From: Eledone cirrhosa
Taxonomy: Eukaryota
Direction of reading: 5' to 3'
DNA: 64,000 nt
NCBI GenBank assembly: GCA_964016885.1
Contig: OZ024741.1
Location: 356,562,001-356,626,000, forward strand
The notes under the pieces are model-generated. The model searched no databases. It saw only the letters and a program-made list of their open reading frames with translations, and was not told where the DNA came from. The translations under genes and the position numbers were made by a program. Below are positions 62,921 to 64,000 of this stretch, piece by piece. Positions within the stretch are counted from its first letter, which is position 1; every line of letters starts with the position of its first letter.

Positions 62921-63654
62921 AAACTGGTCAAAAGTAGAAACAATTATTAAACTGGTATTTAAAGCATAGCTTAACAAATGTTCTTACATAAAATTCTGAC
63001 AGATTTTTTTTAGATAAATATAAACACTTTAACACTTTCATTGCCATATTTCTTATGAAAGACCCTGCCTATGATTTTCAAATAATTTTGAAAATAATCA
63101 AGAATTTGAAGGGATTTAATCAAATAACTTTCTCATTACTCAGTTGGTGTTTAGAAAATAACATAACAAAGATTCTCACATAGAATTATGTTAGAAGGTA
63201 TTTTTTAGGTGAATATAAACACTTTAATCCTTTAATGACTGGATTAAAAAAAATATATACCGTCTATGCTTTTCAAATCCTTTTTAAAAGGTACTGGTTT
63301 TATTTTGTTATCTGTTGTACATCAATATATTACGTCAACTATATTTTACAAAAAGAAGTTGTATAATGATGAAGAAAAAAATATTTTCTTCTTCTGCCTC
63401 CATGGTACTTTCAAGAAGAAGATGAAGAAGAAGGAGGATCTACACGAAACAATTGAAACTGTAAAAGTTTTGCTTCCACAATATGTTTATTTTATATATG
63501 CCTCTCCCCTTTCTTTATCATATTTCTAATGAAATACACTGCTTATGCTGTTTGAAAATAAGATTTTAAAGCCTGTTGCTGCTCTTCCTACAACTAGCCA
63601 GTGAATCATAAAGCGCTCACTCCAGCAAACTGAAATGAACAGAGTTAGGTGCCT

Positions 63655-63900
63655 TAAAACCTGTTTGTTACCATATCTCTAATGAAATATACTGCCTATT
63701 ATTTTCAAGTCATTTTGAAAATAATCAAGAATTTGAAGGGATTTAGTAATATAATTAACTTTCTCATTATTAAGCTGGTGTTTGGAAAGCAACTAAACAA
63801 AGGTTCTTACATAAAATTATGATGGAAGATTTTTAGATAACTATAAACATTTTGAAACAAAAAGAGGTTGTTTAAGGTAGTTTTCTATCAAAAGGGTTAA
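63655..63900. mobile_element. AT-rich ~250-bp piggyBac-like MITE family (representative copy; others near 13100, 43585, 48465, 51395, 53360, 63030)
   Basis: Shared body catatttctaatgaaa..ttttgaaaataatcaagaattt..ttcttacataaaattatg..gataaatataaacac; ends ttaaccct / aagggttaa. Confidence 0.65.
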
Positions 63901-64000
63901 TCTGAGCAAATCAAAATAACACTTGCAAGATCTGAACTAATGATCATGCTCTTGTTATCACTGTTTAGCTCCAGGTCAGCTCTGATCATGCAGACATTTT

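Overview
AT-rich, microsatellite- and transposon-dense eukaryotic DNA. The SINE/LINE repertoire, the (TA)n/(GAT)n/(TAA)n content and the gene suggest a coleoid cephalopod such as Octopus (inference). One host gene is visible on the + strand: a stonin/stoned endocytic adaptor. It has a giant 5778-nt exon (34069-39846), a 16.1-kb intron and a last coding exon (55958-56256), giving about 2018 aa, followed by a probable ~5.6-kb transposon-poor 3'UTR. The rest is decayed mobile DNA: RTE, Tx1/L1, R4/Dong, CR1 and Vingi-like LINE fragments, tRNA-derived SINEs, piggyBac-, hAT- and Tc1/pogo-like MITEs, and a non-autonomous Helitron. Main observations: (1) StonedA-like and StonedB-like parts sit in one ORF; (2) a ~690-bp, ~99% identical inverted duplication brackets the giant, frame-preserving exon, which is a circRNA/skipping geometry; (3) the putative 3'UTR contains several long non-transposon stem-loops (ADAR or pre-miRNA candidates); (4) four Tx1-like copies lie head-to-tail in an (ATCT)n microsatellite and share a covarying 3'UTR structure. 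All calls were made by eye and none were checked by database search or folding software.
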